Positions 8,515 to 18,351 of a DNA stretch of 64,000 bases are shown here, one piece after another. Source of the DNA: Candidatus Hydrogenedentota bacterium (GTDB lineage: Bacteria; Hydrogenedentota; Hydrogenedentia; Hydrogenedentales; SLHB01); contig CAVUWV010000013.1 of assembly GCA_963745075.1 (NCBI GenBank), positions 161,585 to 225,584 on the forward strand, given 5' to 3'. The translations under genes and the position numbers were made by a program. Numbering within the stretch: the stretch's first letter is position 1; every line of letters begins with the position of its first letter. The notes under the pieces were generated by a model. The model had not been told where the DNA came from. It saw only the letters and a program-made list of their open reading frames with translations, and ran no database searches.

Positions 8515-10101
8515 TGTCAAAGCTCGATTAAAATGTCCCCGGTGTTAACTCGTTAGAAATGTCCCCTGTTTTTTGTTTTCTGCTACAGTAGGTGGACTTG
8601 GCGGGAGGATAGGGCAACGCTGGAGAGCGACCTGAGCGCCCGTCAGGTGGATAGACGGTTCCGGGACAGCCACCCCGGGTGGGGTGGCTGTCCCGGCTTT
8701 TTGTAACCGGAATCCTGCAAAGCGAAAAACTCATTGGTTCTTTCCGATGCCACTGGCCATCATGCCACGCGCCGCTTGCGCCATGGGTGGTCGTGGCGGG
8801 GTTTTGGTTTTGATGGGGGGGTGCTGGCCTTGGGCTTTTTCGCGGCGGGCTTGGCGGGTCTGCACGGCGGTTCGTCGAGTTGTTCATAGTCGAGTTTGTG
8901 ACCGTTGTACACGAGGTGAATGCTTCCATCGAGCCAAGTGCGTACGAGGACCTTGTGCTTCGGTTTGGGCAAGTGCTTCTTGGTTTTGTGTATTTGGAAA
9001 AAGCGGTTTTGGTGACGAACGGTCCAGTCATTGCCCACGGTACGGTACTCTTCAAAGCAGAACACGTCGCGCAGGTCGACGTTCTTGGGGAGCCGACGGT
9101 GGAGGTTATGCGTCTTTTGTGCGGGACGGGCAAACTTTTCGTTGAGGTGGTCGACGAAGCCGTTTTCCAGTAAGGCATTGGTCTGCTCAATGGTGGTGAT
9201 TTGGCGTAAGCGCAGTTCGTGGAACAGGCGGTCTTGATAGACGCCGTGATTGCGTTCCACCCGGCCTTTGGCTTGAGGGCTGTAGGCGGTAATGATCTGA
9301 ATTCCCAGCTTTTTACAGGCTTTTCCGAAGCTGGTCAAGGGTTCTTCGTCCGCCAACTGCTCTTCCACCGTCGGTTCGCGCTCCGTGACATATACGGTCT
9401 TGCGGTCACAATACAGCGCCTTGGGGACGCCGTAACGCTCAATCCACTTCCACAGGGTCCGCATGGCAGCCTCGGTGGTTTCTTGGACATCCATCGTAGC
9501 CAAGGTACGCCCCGTGGCGTCGTCCACCAGATTCATCAGACACGCTCGGGGATAGTCGGGACCGAACCAGGCGTGGTGACTGCCGTCGAACTGGACCAAC
9601 TCTCCGAAGTGCTCCTTACGCGGCCGCCGCGTTCGATGGGGACCCCGTTTGCGGGCTCGTTGCCAAAGCCCCGCCGCAATCAGCCAGCGCCGCAGCGTCT
9701 CGTGGTCCAGCACCAAACCCTCCTCCGCCAGCTTCTCGGCCGCCAACGTCGGACCCATGCCCTTGTAGCGCTCCTCGTAACGCGCCAGCACCTTCTCCCG
9801 CATTTCCGGGGGCTTGGCCCGCGCAGACGACTTCCCGCGCCGCCGGTGAACCAGCCCTACATCTCCTTCCCGGCGATACCGCGCATACACCCGCTTACAC
9901 TGCCGGTAGCTCAACCCCAGCATCTCCGCCGCCTCACGCAGCTTCAACGCACCACTCTTCACACGATCCAACACCGACTTGCGCGTACGCTCCTTGCGAC
10001 TCATCAAAATGTCCCCTTCCACGCAGCCTCCTTTCTAAGGCCGCAACCATGGGGACATTTCTAATGAGTTTTCCAGGGGACATTATCAAAGAGTTTCGAC
10101 A
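8515..10101 (-). mobile_element. Complete insertion sequence, IS1202 family (formerly ISNCY), 1587 bp
   Basis: TGT...ACA ends; imperfect terminal IRs each with two AATGTCCCC repeats; flanked by the direct repeat CGGACGAATCGATCTC at 8499-8514 and 10102-10117. Confidence 0.9.
8760..10022 (-). CDS. DDE transposase (HTH plus integrase core), IS1202/ISNCY type
   Basis: GELVQFDGSHHAWF, ALYCDRKTVY, SPQAKGRVERNHGVYQDRL; AAAGGAGG RBS before the GTG. Confidence 0.93.
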   Translation of the reverse strand: MEGDILMSRKERTRKSVLDRVKSGALKLREAAEMLGLSYRQCKRVYARYRREGDVGLVHRRRGKSSARAKPPEMREKVLARYEERYKGMGPTLAAEKLAEEGLVLDHETLRRWLIAAGLWQRARKRGPHRTRRPRKEHFGELVQFDGSHHAWFGPDYPRACLMNLVDDATGRTLATMDVQETTEAAMRTLWKWIERYGVPKALYCDRKTVYVTEREPTVEEQLADEEPLTSFGKACKKLGIQIITAYSPQAKGRVERNHGVYQDRLFHELRLRQITTIEQTNALLENGFVDHLNEKFARPAQKTHNLHRRLPKNVDLRDVFCFEEYRTVGNDWTVRHQNRFFQIHKTKKHLPKPKHKVLVRTWLDGSIHLVYNGHKLDYEQLDEPPCRPAKPAAKKPKASTPPSKPKPRHDHPWRKRRVA

Positions 10102-10117
10102 CGGACGAATCGATCTC

Positions 10118-10146
10118 TTGACCTAGCACCGGGTCGCCGGTAGACT
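10118..10146 (+). promoter_or_regulatory. Putative sigma70 promoter for the Rieske ferredoxin gene
   Basis: TTGACC-N17-TAGACT, starting immediately after the right target duplication. Confidence 0.5.
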
Positions 10147-10213
10147 TTGCCGCCAAATACGCTTTTTGCCGAAGCGACGAACAGATGCCAATCCAATAGG
10201 AGCGCTTACTAGA

Positions 10214-10519
10214 ATGAGTGAAATTGTCAAGATTGCCGAAGTGAGCGAAATCCCGGACGGCGAGGGGAAAGCCGTAACCCATGGCAACCACCGCATCGCC
10301 GTGTTCAACGTGGGCGGGACCTTCCACGCTATCAGCGATTCCTGTCCCCACGCCGGTGGACCCCTTTCCGACGGCTGGCTGGACGGCACCGAGGTCACGT
10401 GCCCTTGGCACGGTTGGAGTTTCGATATCCAGCATTGTGAAGAGGATCCCAAGGACGGAGTATGCCGGTATAGAGTTCATATGGACGGCGACGACATCAA
10501 GGTGGAACTACCGGAGTGA
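10214..10519 (+). CDS. Rieske [2Fe-2S] ferredoxin
   Basis: CPHAGGPL and CPWHG boxes. Confidence 0.92.
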   Translation: MSEIVKIAEVSEIPDGEGKAVTHGNHRIAVFNVGGTFHAISDSCPHAGGPLSDGWLDGTEVTCPWHGWSFDIQHCEEDPKDGVCRYRVHMDGDDIKVELPE

Positions 10520-10529
10520 CGGACCAAGG

Positions 10530-10636
10530 ACAGCCACGGACGGGCACAGACCTACACGGACACGGCGACCGTCATTGGAAAGTCTTATGGTCCGGGCCCG
10601 TCCGTGTGGGTTCGTGTAGGTCCGTGTAAGTCCATG
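10530..10636. repeat. Inverted cluster of CACGGAC-type short repeats
   Basis: CCACGGAC...CCTACACGGAC mirrored by GTCCGTGTGG...GTCCGTGTAAGTCC, intergenic. Confidence 0.45.
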
Positions 10637-10694
10637 CAATTTCCCGAATGTCCGCTCCACACCGCGTGTTACAATAAGGAAGGAGCCGTTGCGA

Positions 10695-11039
10695 ATGACA
10701 TTTGTCGTCACGGAACCGTGCATTAAGTGCAAATATCTCGACTGCGTCGAGATTTGCCCGGTCATGTGTTTCCACGAAGGCGTGAACTTCGTGGTCATCG
10801 ACCCCGACGAATGTATTGACTGCGGTGCTTGCCTGGACCCCTGTCCGGTGCAGGCGATTTACCCAGATGGCGAGGTCCCGGAAAAGTGGCGCGAGTATAC
10901 GCTGCTAAACAAGCAACTGGCACGCGATTGGCCGGTCATTAGTACCAAGAAGGAGCCGCTGTCCACGGCGAAGGAATTCAAAGACACGGAGAATAAGCGC
11001 GAACTGCTCGACACCGCCCCCGGCGAGGGCGATCCGTAG
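10695..11039 (+). CDS. fdxA: 7Fe-type ferredoxin (FdxA family)
   Basis: [23 protein letters not shown]...[27 protein letters not shown]. Confidence 0.9.
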   Translation: MTFVVTEPCIKCKYLDCVEICPVMCFHEGVNFVVIDPDECIDCGACLDPCPVQAIYPDGEVPEKWREYTLLNKQLARDWPVISTKKEPLSTAKEFKDTENKRELLDTAPGEGDP

Positions 11040-11137
11040 GACGAAGCGCGTTTCACGCGCGCCCCGGCATTCAAACCTGCGAGTATCCCGTGGAGGAGGC
11101 GGAGACGTCTGGCGCGCGCGAGAGGAGGCTGCGCACC

Positions 11138-12253
11138 ATGGCAACCACAACAAGCCTCAAAGAACGCCTCTACGAAACCACCATCCCTGCGGCGCCCGAA
11201 CTCGTGCTTCCCGAGAAAGACGGCGCCCTGCGCTGCGTTGCGTGCGGCCATCGCTGTTTCATTAAGGACGGTCGAGCCGGGATCTGCCGGGTGCGATTCA
11301 ATCAGGGGGGCGAACTCCGCGTGCCCGGCGGGTACGTCGGCGGGCTCCAGGTCGATCCCATCGAGAAGAAGCCCTTCTTCCATGCCTTTCCTGGACGCGA
11401 CGCGCTGTCCTTCGGGATGTTGGGGTGCGATTTTCACTGCGGCTACTGTCAGAATTGGGTGACCAGCCAGGCCCTCCGCGACGACGACGCGGTCGCGTCG
11501 ACCCAGATGTGCACGGCGGATGAACTGGTGAACCACGCCAAACGGCAAGGCGCGCCGGTGGTCGTCAGCACCTACAACGAGCCGCTCATCACCTCCGAGT
11601 GGGCGGTTGACGTGTTCAAAGTCGCCCGGGAGAACGGCCTCACTTGCGGGTACGTCAGCAACGGAAACGGCACCCCCGAAGTGCTCGAATACATCCGGCC
11701 CTACGTCGACCTCTATAAGGTCGATCTCAAGAGTTTCAACGACAAGGCCTACCGGAAGCTCGGCGGCGTGTTGAAGAACGTCCTCGAAACCATTGAACGA
11801 TTGAAAGCCATGGGATTCTGGGTCGAAATCGTCACGCTTATCGTGCCCGGCTTCAACGACGACGAAAACGAACTGCGTGAGATGGCCAAGTTCATTGCCG
11901 GTGTGTCTCCCGACATCCCGTGGCACGTGACCGCCTTTCATCCCGATTACAAAATGGTCGAACCGCCCCGTACGACGAGTAAGAATCTTGACGTTGCGTA
12001 CCAATTAGGCAAGGAACAAGGACTCCATTTCATTTACCCCGGCAACTTGCATGGCGGCGTCGGTGATCGGGAAAACACCTTCTGTCCGAACTGCGACGCG
12101 ACCCTCATCCGCCGTCACGGGTTCTACGTCATCGAAAACCGCATGGTCGCCGGAAACTGTCCCGACTGCGGCTCCGCCATCCCCGGCGTCTGGGAGGAAA
12201 AGGCCCCTCGAACCAGCGACGGCGACGGTTTCCCTCGGGCGCTAAGGGTTTGA
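11138..12253 (+). CDS. amrS: AmmeMemoRadiSam system radical SAM enzyme
   Basis: C..C.H.C N-terminus, DPIEKKPFFH, GCDFHCGYCQNW, TYNEP, WHVTAFHPDY, C-terminal CPNC/CPDC. Confidence 0.9.
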   Translation: MATTTSLKERLYETTIPAAPELVLPEKDGALRCVACGHRCFIKDGRAGICRVRFNQGGELRVPGGYVGGLQVDPIEKKPFFHAFPGRDALSFGMLGCDFHCGYCQNWVTSQALRDDDAVASTQMCTADELVNHAKRQGAPVVVSTYNEPLITSEWAVDVFKVARENGLTCGYVSNGNGTPEVLEYIRPYVDLYKVDLKSFNDKAYRKLGGVLKNVLETIERLKAMGFWVEIVTLIVPGFNDDENELREMAKFIAGVSPDIPWHVTAFHPDYKMVEPPRTTSKNLDVAYQLGKEQGLHFIYPGNLHGGVGDRENTFCPNCDATLIRRHGFYVIENRMVAGNCPDCGSAIPGVWEEKAPRTSDGDGFPRALRV

Positions 12254-12292
12254 AAAGCGAGGCGCAGACGCCGCGGCGAAGTCCAAGCACGT

Positions 12293-12328
12293 AAAACTCG
12301 GGCGGAGCGTTTTTCGCTTCGCCCGAGT
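12293..12328 (-). terminator. Intrinsic terminator between convergent genes
   Basis: ACTCGGGCGGAGCG-TTTTT-CGCTTCGCCCGAGT stem with a short T-tract on the minus strand. Confidence 0.6.
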
Positions 12329-12362
12329 GCTAGTCGTTTCGAATCAGTCTACGGGTCGGCGT

Positions 12363-12680
12363 CTACAGGCCGACATACTTCACGTTGATTCGATGCGCCC
12401 AAAGTACGCCGTCTTCGTCCACGATGCCACATGCGACGACGGTCATGCCGACTTCGAGTGCGTCTAACGCGACAACCTCTTCACCAAGCCAGATGACCGT
12501 GGAGGGTGTGACCTGTACCGTCACTTCACCCACCACGAGCTGTTGAGCATCGATATCGATGCCCGCCACAAGACCTTCCACGCGCGAGGCTTTTGCATTC
12601 GAGCTGGGGCCTGTCGCAACCGCAACCGTAGCGAAGACCAGTATCACAGCCAAGAATACCAACGACAGTCTACTTTTCAT
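12363..12680 (-). CDS. Secreted DUF5666-like small beta-barrel protein
   Basis: Signal peptide; VEGLVAGID..LVVGEVTVQVTPST..LEVGMTV..G....A..I pattern; AGGAGG RBS. Confidence 0.65.
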   Translation of the reverse strand: MKSRLSLVFLAVILVFATVAVATGPSSNAKASRVEGLVAGIDIDAQQLVVGEVTVQVTPSTVIWLGEEVVALDALEVGMTVVACGIVDEDGVLWAHRINVKYVGL

Positions 12681-12955
12681 GGACGGACCTCCTCTTGTTG
12701 ATTGGCTCCCTGCAACAAGGCCCGATGGCTCACACACCGCCATGCCCCCGCGCATGCCCAACCGGACTTACCGCGAACGCTCGCGGACGTTACATACTTA
12801 TTACATGCCGGTTTCTGACTTGCGAAATCTGATAGATTGGCGCAAACCGACATTCACTTTCGCGCGTTATATTGCCGATACTCGTGCCGTTCGATTAGGC
12901 TCTATCTTTGTAAGTTTCACCAACCGGTACGCGAAATGAAAGGTCAACACTCCAC

Positions 12956-14438
12956 GTGGCCAAGAAAAGAAACGTCCTTCTTATCATCGCCGATCAGTTC
13001 CGTTGGGACTGCCTCGGCGCGGCGGGGAACGCGGTCATCCGAACACCGAACCTCGACGCCCTCGCGGCGGATGGTGCCCTGTTTACCAAATGCTTCTGCC
13101 AGACTGCTCCGTGTGGACCGAGCCGGATGTCCATTTTCACGAGCCGGTACCTGTGCTCGACGCGAACCGTGAACAACATGACGCCGCTCGTCGACGCGGA
13201 AGACAACGTGGCATGGTTCGTGAAGCGTGCGGGGTACGCGACGGGGATGTTCGGGTACAACGATTACGCTATTGACCCGCACACGTTGCCCGACGGCGAT
13301 CCACGCAAAACGTCACTCCGGTACGACAACGCCTTTCCCGGTTTCGACTACGTTTACCAGCATGAGTATCACTCACCCGCCTACTTCGAACACCTACGGG
13401 CAAAAGGCTATCCCGAGGAACTGTGCGGCCCGGCGATTTGCACGACCTACAACGTTCCCCGGGAGGGTCCGGGCGATCACTTGCCGTTGCGGTACCCGGC
13501 CCACTATCGCGCCGAGGATAGCGAATGCCAATTCCTGACGAATCAAGTCTGCGACTGGATTCGGGCTAATGGCAGCGGCTGGTTTGCGAACGTGAATTTC
13601 ATCAAACCGCATCCGCCGCGAATCTGTCCCGCCCCGTATCACGAGATGTATGATCCCGCGGACATGCCCGCGCCCAATCGCAGCGAAGATGAACTGATGG
13701 ACCCGCATCCTTACCTTCGTGCCGTGCGACCACGAGCCAGCGCTACGAAGCGAGCGGGATTTGCGCGAGACCCGCGCCTGCTACTACGGCATGATCTCCG
13801 AGATCGACGCCTGCATCGGCCGGCTCATTGCAACCCTGAAGGAAACCAGCCAGTGGGACGACACGCTGATTATTTTCACTTCCGATCACGGCGAGTACCT
13901 GGGCGATCACTTTTTCATGGATAAGGCCCACTTCTACGACGAGACCATGCGCGTGCCGCTCATCATTCGCGATCCCTCGTCCGAGGCGGATGCCACGCGC
14001 GGCCAACGGCTCGAACGCTTTGTCGAATCGATCGACATCGCCCCGACCGTGTTGGAGTACCTGGGCCAAACCCTACCGGATCGTTTGCAGGGAAGAAGCG
14101 TGCTACCGCAGCTGCGCAACGAGGGCGAGGGGACCTCACGAGAAGCGGTGCACTTTGAATACGACTTCCGCGGGCATTTCGGGGGTGAACCCAACGTGGA
14201 CCCCGATGAATGCATCCTGTGGGTACTGCGCGATGACCGGTACAAATACGTGCAATTCGGTTCCGAAGCGTTGCCTCCGCTCCTGTTCGACCTGGAAGGA
14301 GACCCCGGCGAGCACCACAACCTCGCGCTGGATCCTGCGCATGCCGCAACCGTCGCAACCTACGCGCAAAGAATGCTCCGTTGGCGTATGAAACACGAAG
14401 ACCAACGCATGGAACACTGGGCTTCGCAATTCAGATGA
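12956..14438 (+). CDS. Sulfatase-superfamily hydrolase, phosphonate monoester hydrolase-like; one frameshift near 13720
   Basis: NVLLIIADQFR, CGPSR, PHPP, QWDDTLIIFTSDHGE, HFEYDFR, YAQRMLRWR. Confidence 0.85.
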
Positions 14439-14477
14439 TCCGATCACGCGCAGCGGTAACCGATCACCCCAATCGAG

Positions 14478-15252
14478 TCAGTCTTTGCGCTGCGGCAGGG
14501 ATTCGACAATCTCGCGCAAGGTTGCGGCGTCGCGCTCGAACTTCGCCGGGAGATCGTCCTGGACGAACTCGATAAGCGCCGTATGATCGCGCTTGGTCCG
14601 AGCCAGTCTGCCCAGGTAATGCCTCCAATCGTTTTGCCCGTCCGCAAGAGGCAGGCGTCGACCCTTGACCCAATGGAACACGTGCACGTTGCTCACGTAG
14701 TCTATGATTTCATCAAGGCCTTCCAACTGTTCGTCGTGGAGCAAGCGGGGGTCCGGTTGCCAGTAGGTGTACACGTTATCCCGTTCGATCGATTCCATGA
14801 GGCGCCTGCTGCTCTTGCCGGAATCATTCAGGGTGTTTGCCTGGAATTCGAAGGAAAGGGAAAGCCCCGCCGACCGTGCCAAGTCCGCGATTCGCTGGGT
14901 CTCGTCGATGACCTTTCGCACAACATAATCGCGGGCGGACTTGGAACCCGTTTCCCCGGCGAACACCCGTATGACTTTCGCACCGAGCGCGACGGCCGTG
15001 TCCATGACCTTCTGGAACGGCATGGAGGACGCCTCGTAACCGACGCGGTAGTAGGAACCGTATGCGGCGACGATCAGACCCTCGGTCGCGTGTGGTTTTT
15101 CCGACATTATCGGCGGTTTTAATTCTGCCCGCCGGAACGTGAGTATCGCCCGACCATTCAATACCGTCAACGCCTGCTGTTGCCGCAATACGCACAATAT
15201 CGGAGGGAGACATAGTTCGGAATGTAACGGATGTTAGACCGGTTTGAATCAA
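14478..15252 (-). CDS. Sugar phosphate isomerase/epimerase (TIM barrel); frameshift near 15090
   Basis: GLTSVTFR, GIEWSGDTHVP joined to AYGSYY, IRVFAG, YWQP, VHVFHW, LIEFV. Confidence 0.8.
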
Positions 15253-15453
15253 ATCACGGCACCACACTTTTTGGGCGGCCACGGTCTGAAATCCCTAGCC
15301 GCGATCCCCTTAGAAACGTCTCGAAAGCACGGGTCCACGTCGGGAGGGAACGCATCGTACACCCCTCCGACACTATACGCTGTCCAATAATCCCATAAAT
15401 TCCTGCCAAATGCAAGAAATACTGATAAAAAGATTAAACCCAGCCTCGGTTGC

Positions 15454-16680
15454 CTATTGTGCGGAGGGGGTGTCCTGGGTCGGGTCAAACTCGGTGATGG
15501 CGCCTTGGATCTTTACGGAAAGGTCCAGCAAGTCGGGCTGCGACGGGTTCGGTCCCAACAGGTCGTCCAACCCTTCGGTGCTTCCTCCGCCGAGCAGTCC
15601 TTGGCCCAACTGGCCGAGCATCTTCGTTGCGTCACCCAAGACGGAACCGATGTTCATGAGCAGATCTAAATCGATTACGGTATGCACCAGTTCGCCGTTC
15701 GCAACGTCGAAATAGACGGTATTGGTGCCGGTAAGGTCAAACAACGGGAGAGAAAACTGTGTCGCGGGACCCATCGCACCTTCCGGCGAGTCCAGGGTGC
15801 CGTCCGATTGGTTGGCGCCGAAATCCTGCTGAATCACCGCGCAATACCGGTCTCCGACGTACTCGTAGCCGACGAGCGTATTGACGATACGCGTATCGAC
15901 CGCTTGTCCAAACCCCGGCACCGGCATTTGGATGCGCGACTCCCATTTCCCGGAATCGGGGATGCCTTCTTCCGGGAATTCGACGCGCGACAGTGCAGGA
16001 ATCGCTTTCAACATGCCCGCCATACCGGTTTGGCCCCCCACATCAAGGACTTGGCCGTTCGGGGCGACCCGCATGGTGATCGGCTGGTCGAAGAACTTGA
16101 TTTGGGGCACTTCATTGAGCTTGGCGCCCTGGTCCGTATCCAGGGTCTGTTTGCCGTCGTACATGAAGGTTCGCTCGGGCGTATAGCCCATCTCGAAGGG
16201 GCTTCCCAGGAAATTGCCGTTCAATTGGGCATCGTCAAAGACCAGGCGCAAGTCCGCCACCCCGCGGTCGTCCACGTCCTTGGTGTACAAGCTGAAATCC
16301 GAGTCGAAGTCCAGGTACACATCGGAAATTTCCCCGGTGTCCGCCCCCTTACCCGATATCGTGGTATCCAACCGGTAGTGTTTCACCTCCTCCGGCGTGA
16401 ACTGGAAGTGAAACGGTCCCTCCGGGAATTCCGTGGGTTCGGTCGCAGCCTGTTGCCCTGCCAATGGAGCGGAGTTTTCGTCCGTCGGAGCGGCCGTGGC
16501 GGCGGAAGTCGGCAGCGCGCGATCGGGCCGTGCGACCTGTTGCGGTGCGTCGACCGGCACGATCCGGTACCGGCTGGAGAACCAGACCCCAACGCAGAAC
16601 CCCACGACCAGGAGAATCAGAAACAGGACAAACCAAGCGGCGTACCGCCACGGAGATGGATTCTTGGTGGGCGCTGGCAT
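15454..16680 (-). CDS. Hypothetical N-terminally anchored, beta-rich exported protein
   Basis: One TM helix, Pro/Ala linker, beta-strand-like body; AGGAG RBS. Confidence 0.75.
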   Translation of the reverse strand: MPAPTKNPSPWRYAAWFVLFLILLVVGFCVGVWFSSRYRIVPVDAPQQVARPDRALPTSAATAAPTDENSAPLAGQQAATEPTEFPEGPFHFQFTPEEVKHYRLDTTISGKGADTGEISDVYLDFDSDFSLYTKDVDDRGVADLRLVFDDAQLNGNFLGSPFEMGYTPERTFMYDGKQTLDTDQGAKLNEVPQIKFFDQPITMRVAPNGQVLDVGGQTGMAGMLKAIPALSRVEFPEEGIPDSGKWESRIQMPVPGFGQAVDTRIVNTLVGYEYVGDRYCAVIQQDFGANQSDGTLDSPEGAMGPATQFSLPLFDLTGTNTVYFDVANGELVHTVIDLDLLMNIGSVLGDATKMLGQLGQGLLGGGSTEGLDDLLGPNPSQPDLLDLSVKIQGAITEFDPTQDTPSAQ

Positions 16681-16953
16681 ACGTACTCCTTGCTACTTCC
16701 TTAACTGTACCACGTTGAACGCCTTTTCGGCAGCATTCAAGGTATCGAACCGCGTCGCATGAATCTCTTGACAGAACTCTCCGGGGCTGTTCGAACCTTC
16801 CTGCAACACGATGGTGCTCTCATGCGGCTCTTCGGCGCGATGGCCCTGGCGATTCGTGGCGGATTGGGCAAATGCCGCGCGTATGTGTGTATAATACGTG
16901 GAAGAATGCAAGGTTCCCAGACGCGGCGATTCGCCGGAACCAAGAGTGAACGC

Positions 16954-18351
16954 ATGACTACGAATCAAACCGCTGAATCCATCCGTGTAACGCCTGAGTT
17001 GTTGCGTCGTTACGACCGGCCCGGTCCGCGGTATACGAGCTATCCCACGGCCCCGGTTTGGCAGCACGAATTCGGCGATGCCGAGTACCGGAAGGCATTG
17101 GCCGAAGCGGCGTCCCGGCCGGACGACCCGCTATCGATCTACATTCACGTGCCATTCTGCCAGGAACGCTGCGCCTTCTGTGGATGCAACGTTATCATCT
17201 CGAAGAAGGAGGGCGTGGCGGACATCTACCTCGACCACGTGGAAATGGAATTGACCATGGCGGCCGAAGCGCTGGGGGACCGGCGTCACGTTCGTCAGAT
17301 GCATTGGGGCGGCGGCACACCGACCTTCCTTCATCTCGACCAAATCGAGCGGTTATTCAAGGCCGTGAACGATCGGTTCACGATCGCTCCCGACGCGGAA
17401 ATCGCCCTCGAGATGGACCCGCGGGTCACGACGAAAGAGCAGGTCGAATTGCTGCGGCGTCTCGGGTTCAACCGCGCGAGTATGGGCGTGCAGGATCTGG
17501 ACCCCGAAGTTCAATGCGAGATTCATCGCTTCCAGACCGAGGAACAAACGCGCACCCTGTTCCGCGTGTGCCGCGAAGCGGGTTTTGACGGCGTCAACAT
17601 GGACCTGATCTACGGGCTGCCGGGACAGTCGGTCGAAGGGTGGTCCGAGACTGTGGACAAGGTCATCGACATCGGGCCGGATCGACTCGCCGTATACAGC
17701 TACGCCTATCTCCCGGACAAACTGCACAATCAGCGCCACATCGAACGGGAGAAACTTCCCGATGCTGACCGCAAGCTCGAACTCTTTACCATCGCCCGCG
17801 AGAAGTTCACGAAGGCCGGGTACCGGGCCATCGGGATGGACCACTTCGCCAAACCCGGCGACGAACTCTCCATCGCCATGGACGAACGCCGGTTGCGCCG
17901 CAATTTCATGGGCTATACGGTCGTGCCTGCAACCGACATGCTCGGCATCGGCACCTCGGCCATCGGTGAGATCGGCGGATGCTACGCGCAGAACGAGAAG
18001 AAGCTGTCCCGGTACTACCAGGCCCTGGACGCGGGCAAATTCGCGACATCGTGCGGTTTCGCACTAACGAAGGACGATGCGATTCGCAGTTACGCCATTC
18101 GAGAGCTGATGTGCAATTTCTATCTAGACTTTTCGGAACTGGAATCGCGATTTGGAATCTCGTTTGACGAGTATTTCGCGCAGGAGCAACCCGCGCTCGA
18201 ATCCTTGTATGCTGACGAATTCGTCGTCCGCGAAGACGGCGCGCTCTGCGTGCTTCCGCTTGGTCAGATCTTTATCCGCAATGTTGCCATGGTTTTCGAC
18301 GCCCACCTCAAGAAAGCCGAAGCCAAAACCCAATTCTCTCGAACGGTGTGA
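16954..18351 (+). CDS. hemN: Oxygen-independent coproporphyrinogen III oxidase
   Basis: GPRYTSYPTAP, YIHVPFCQERCAFCGC, WGGGTPT, GMDHFA, RNFMGY; TATAAT at 16890. Confidence 0.95.
   Translation: MTTNQTAESIRVTPELLRRYDRPGPRYTSYPTAPVWQHEFGDAEYRKALAEAASRPDDPLSIYIHVPFCQERCAFCGCNVIISKKEGVADIYLDHVEMELTMAAEALGDRRHVRQMHWGGGTPTFLHLDQIERLFKAVNDRFTIAPDAEIALEMDPRVTTKEQVELLRRLGFNRASMGVQDLDPEVQCEIHRFQTEEQTRTLFRVCREAGFDGVNMDLIYGLPGQSVEGWSETVDKVIDIGPDRLAVYSYAYLPDKLHNQRHIEREKLPDADRKLELFTIAREKFTKAGYRAIGMDHFAKPGDELSIAMDERRLRRNFMGYTVVPATDMLGIGTSAIGEIGGCYAQNEKKLSRYYQALDAGKFATSCGFALTKDDAIRSYAIRELMCNFYLDFSELESRFGISFDEYFAQEQPALESLYADEFVVREDGALCVLPLGQIFIRNVAMVFDAHLKKAEAKTQFSRTV

Noticed and set aside
8420..10150. Insertion next to a XerCD (dif/xrs) site
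   Set aside because: No dif-like 11-6-11 site beside either end, and xrs-targeting IS1202 members make short duplications, not 16 bp.
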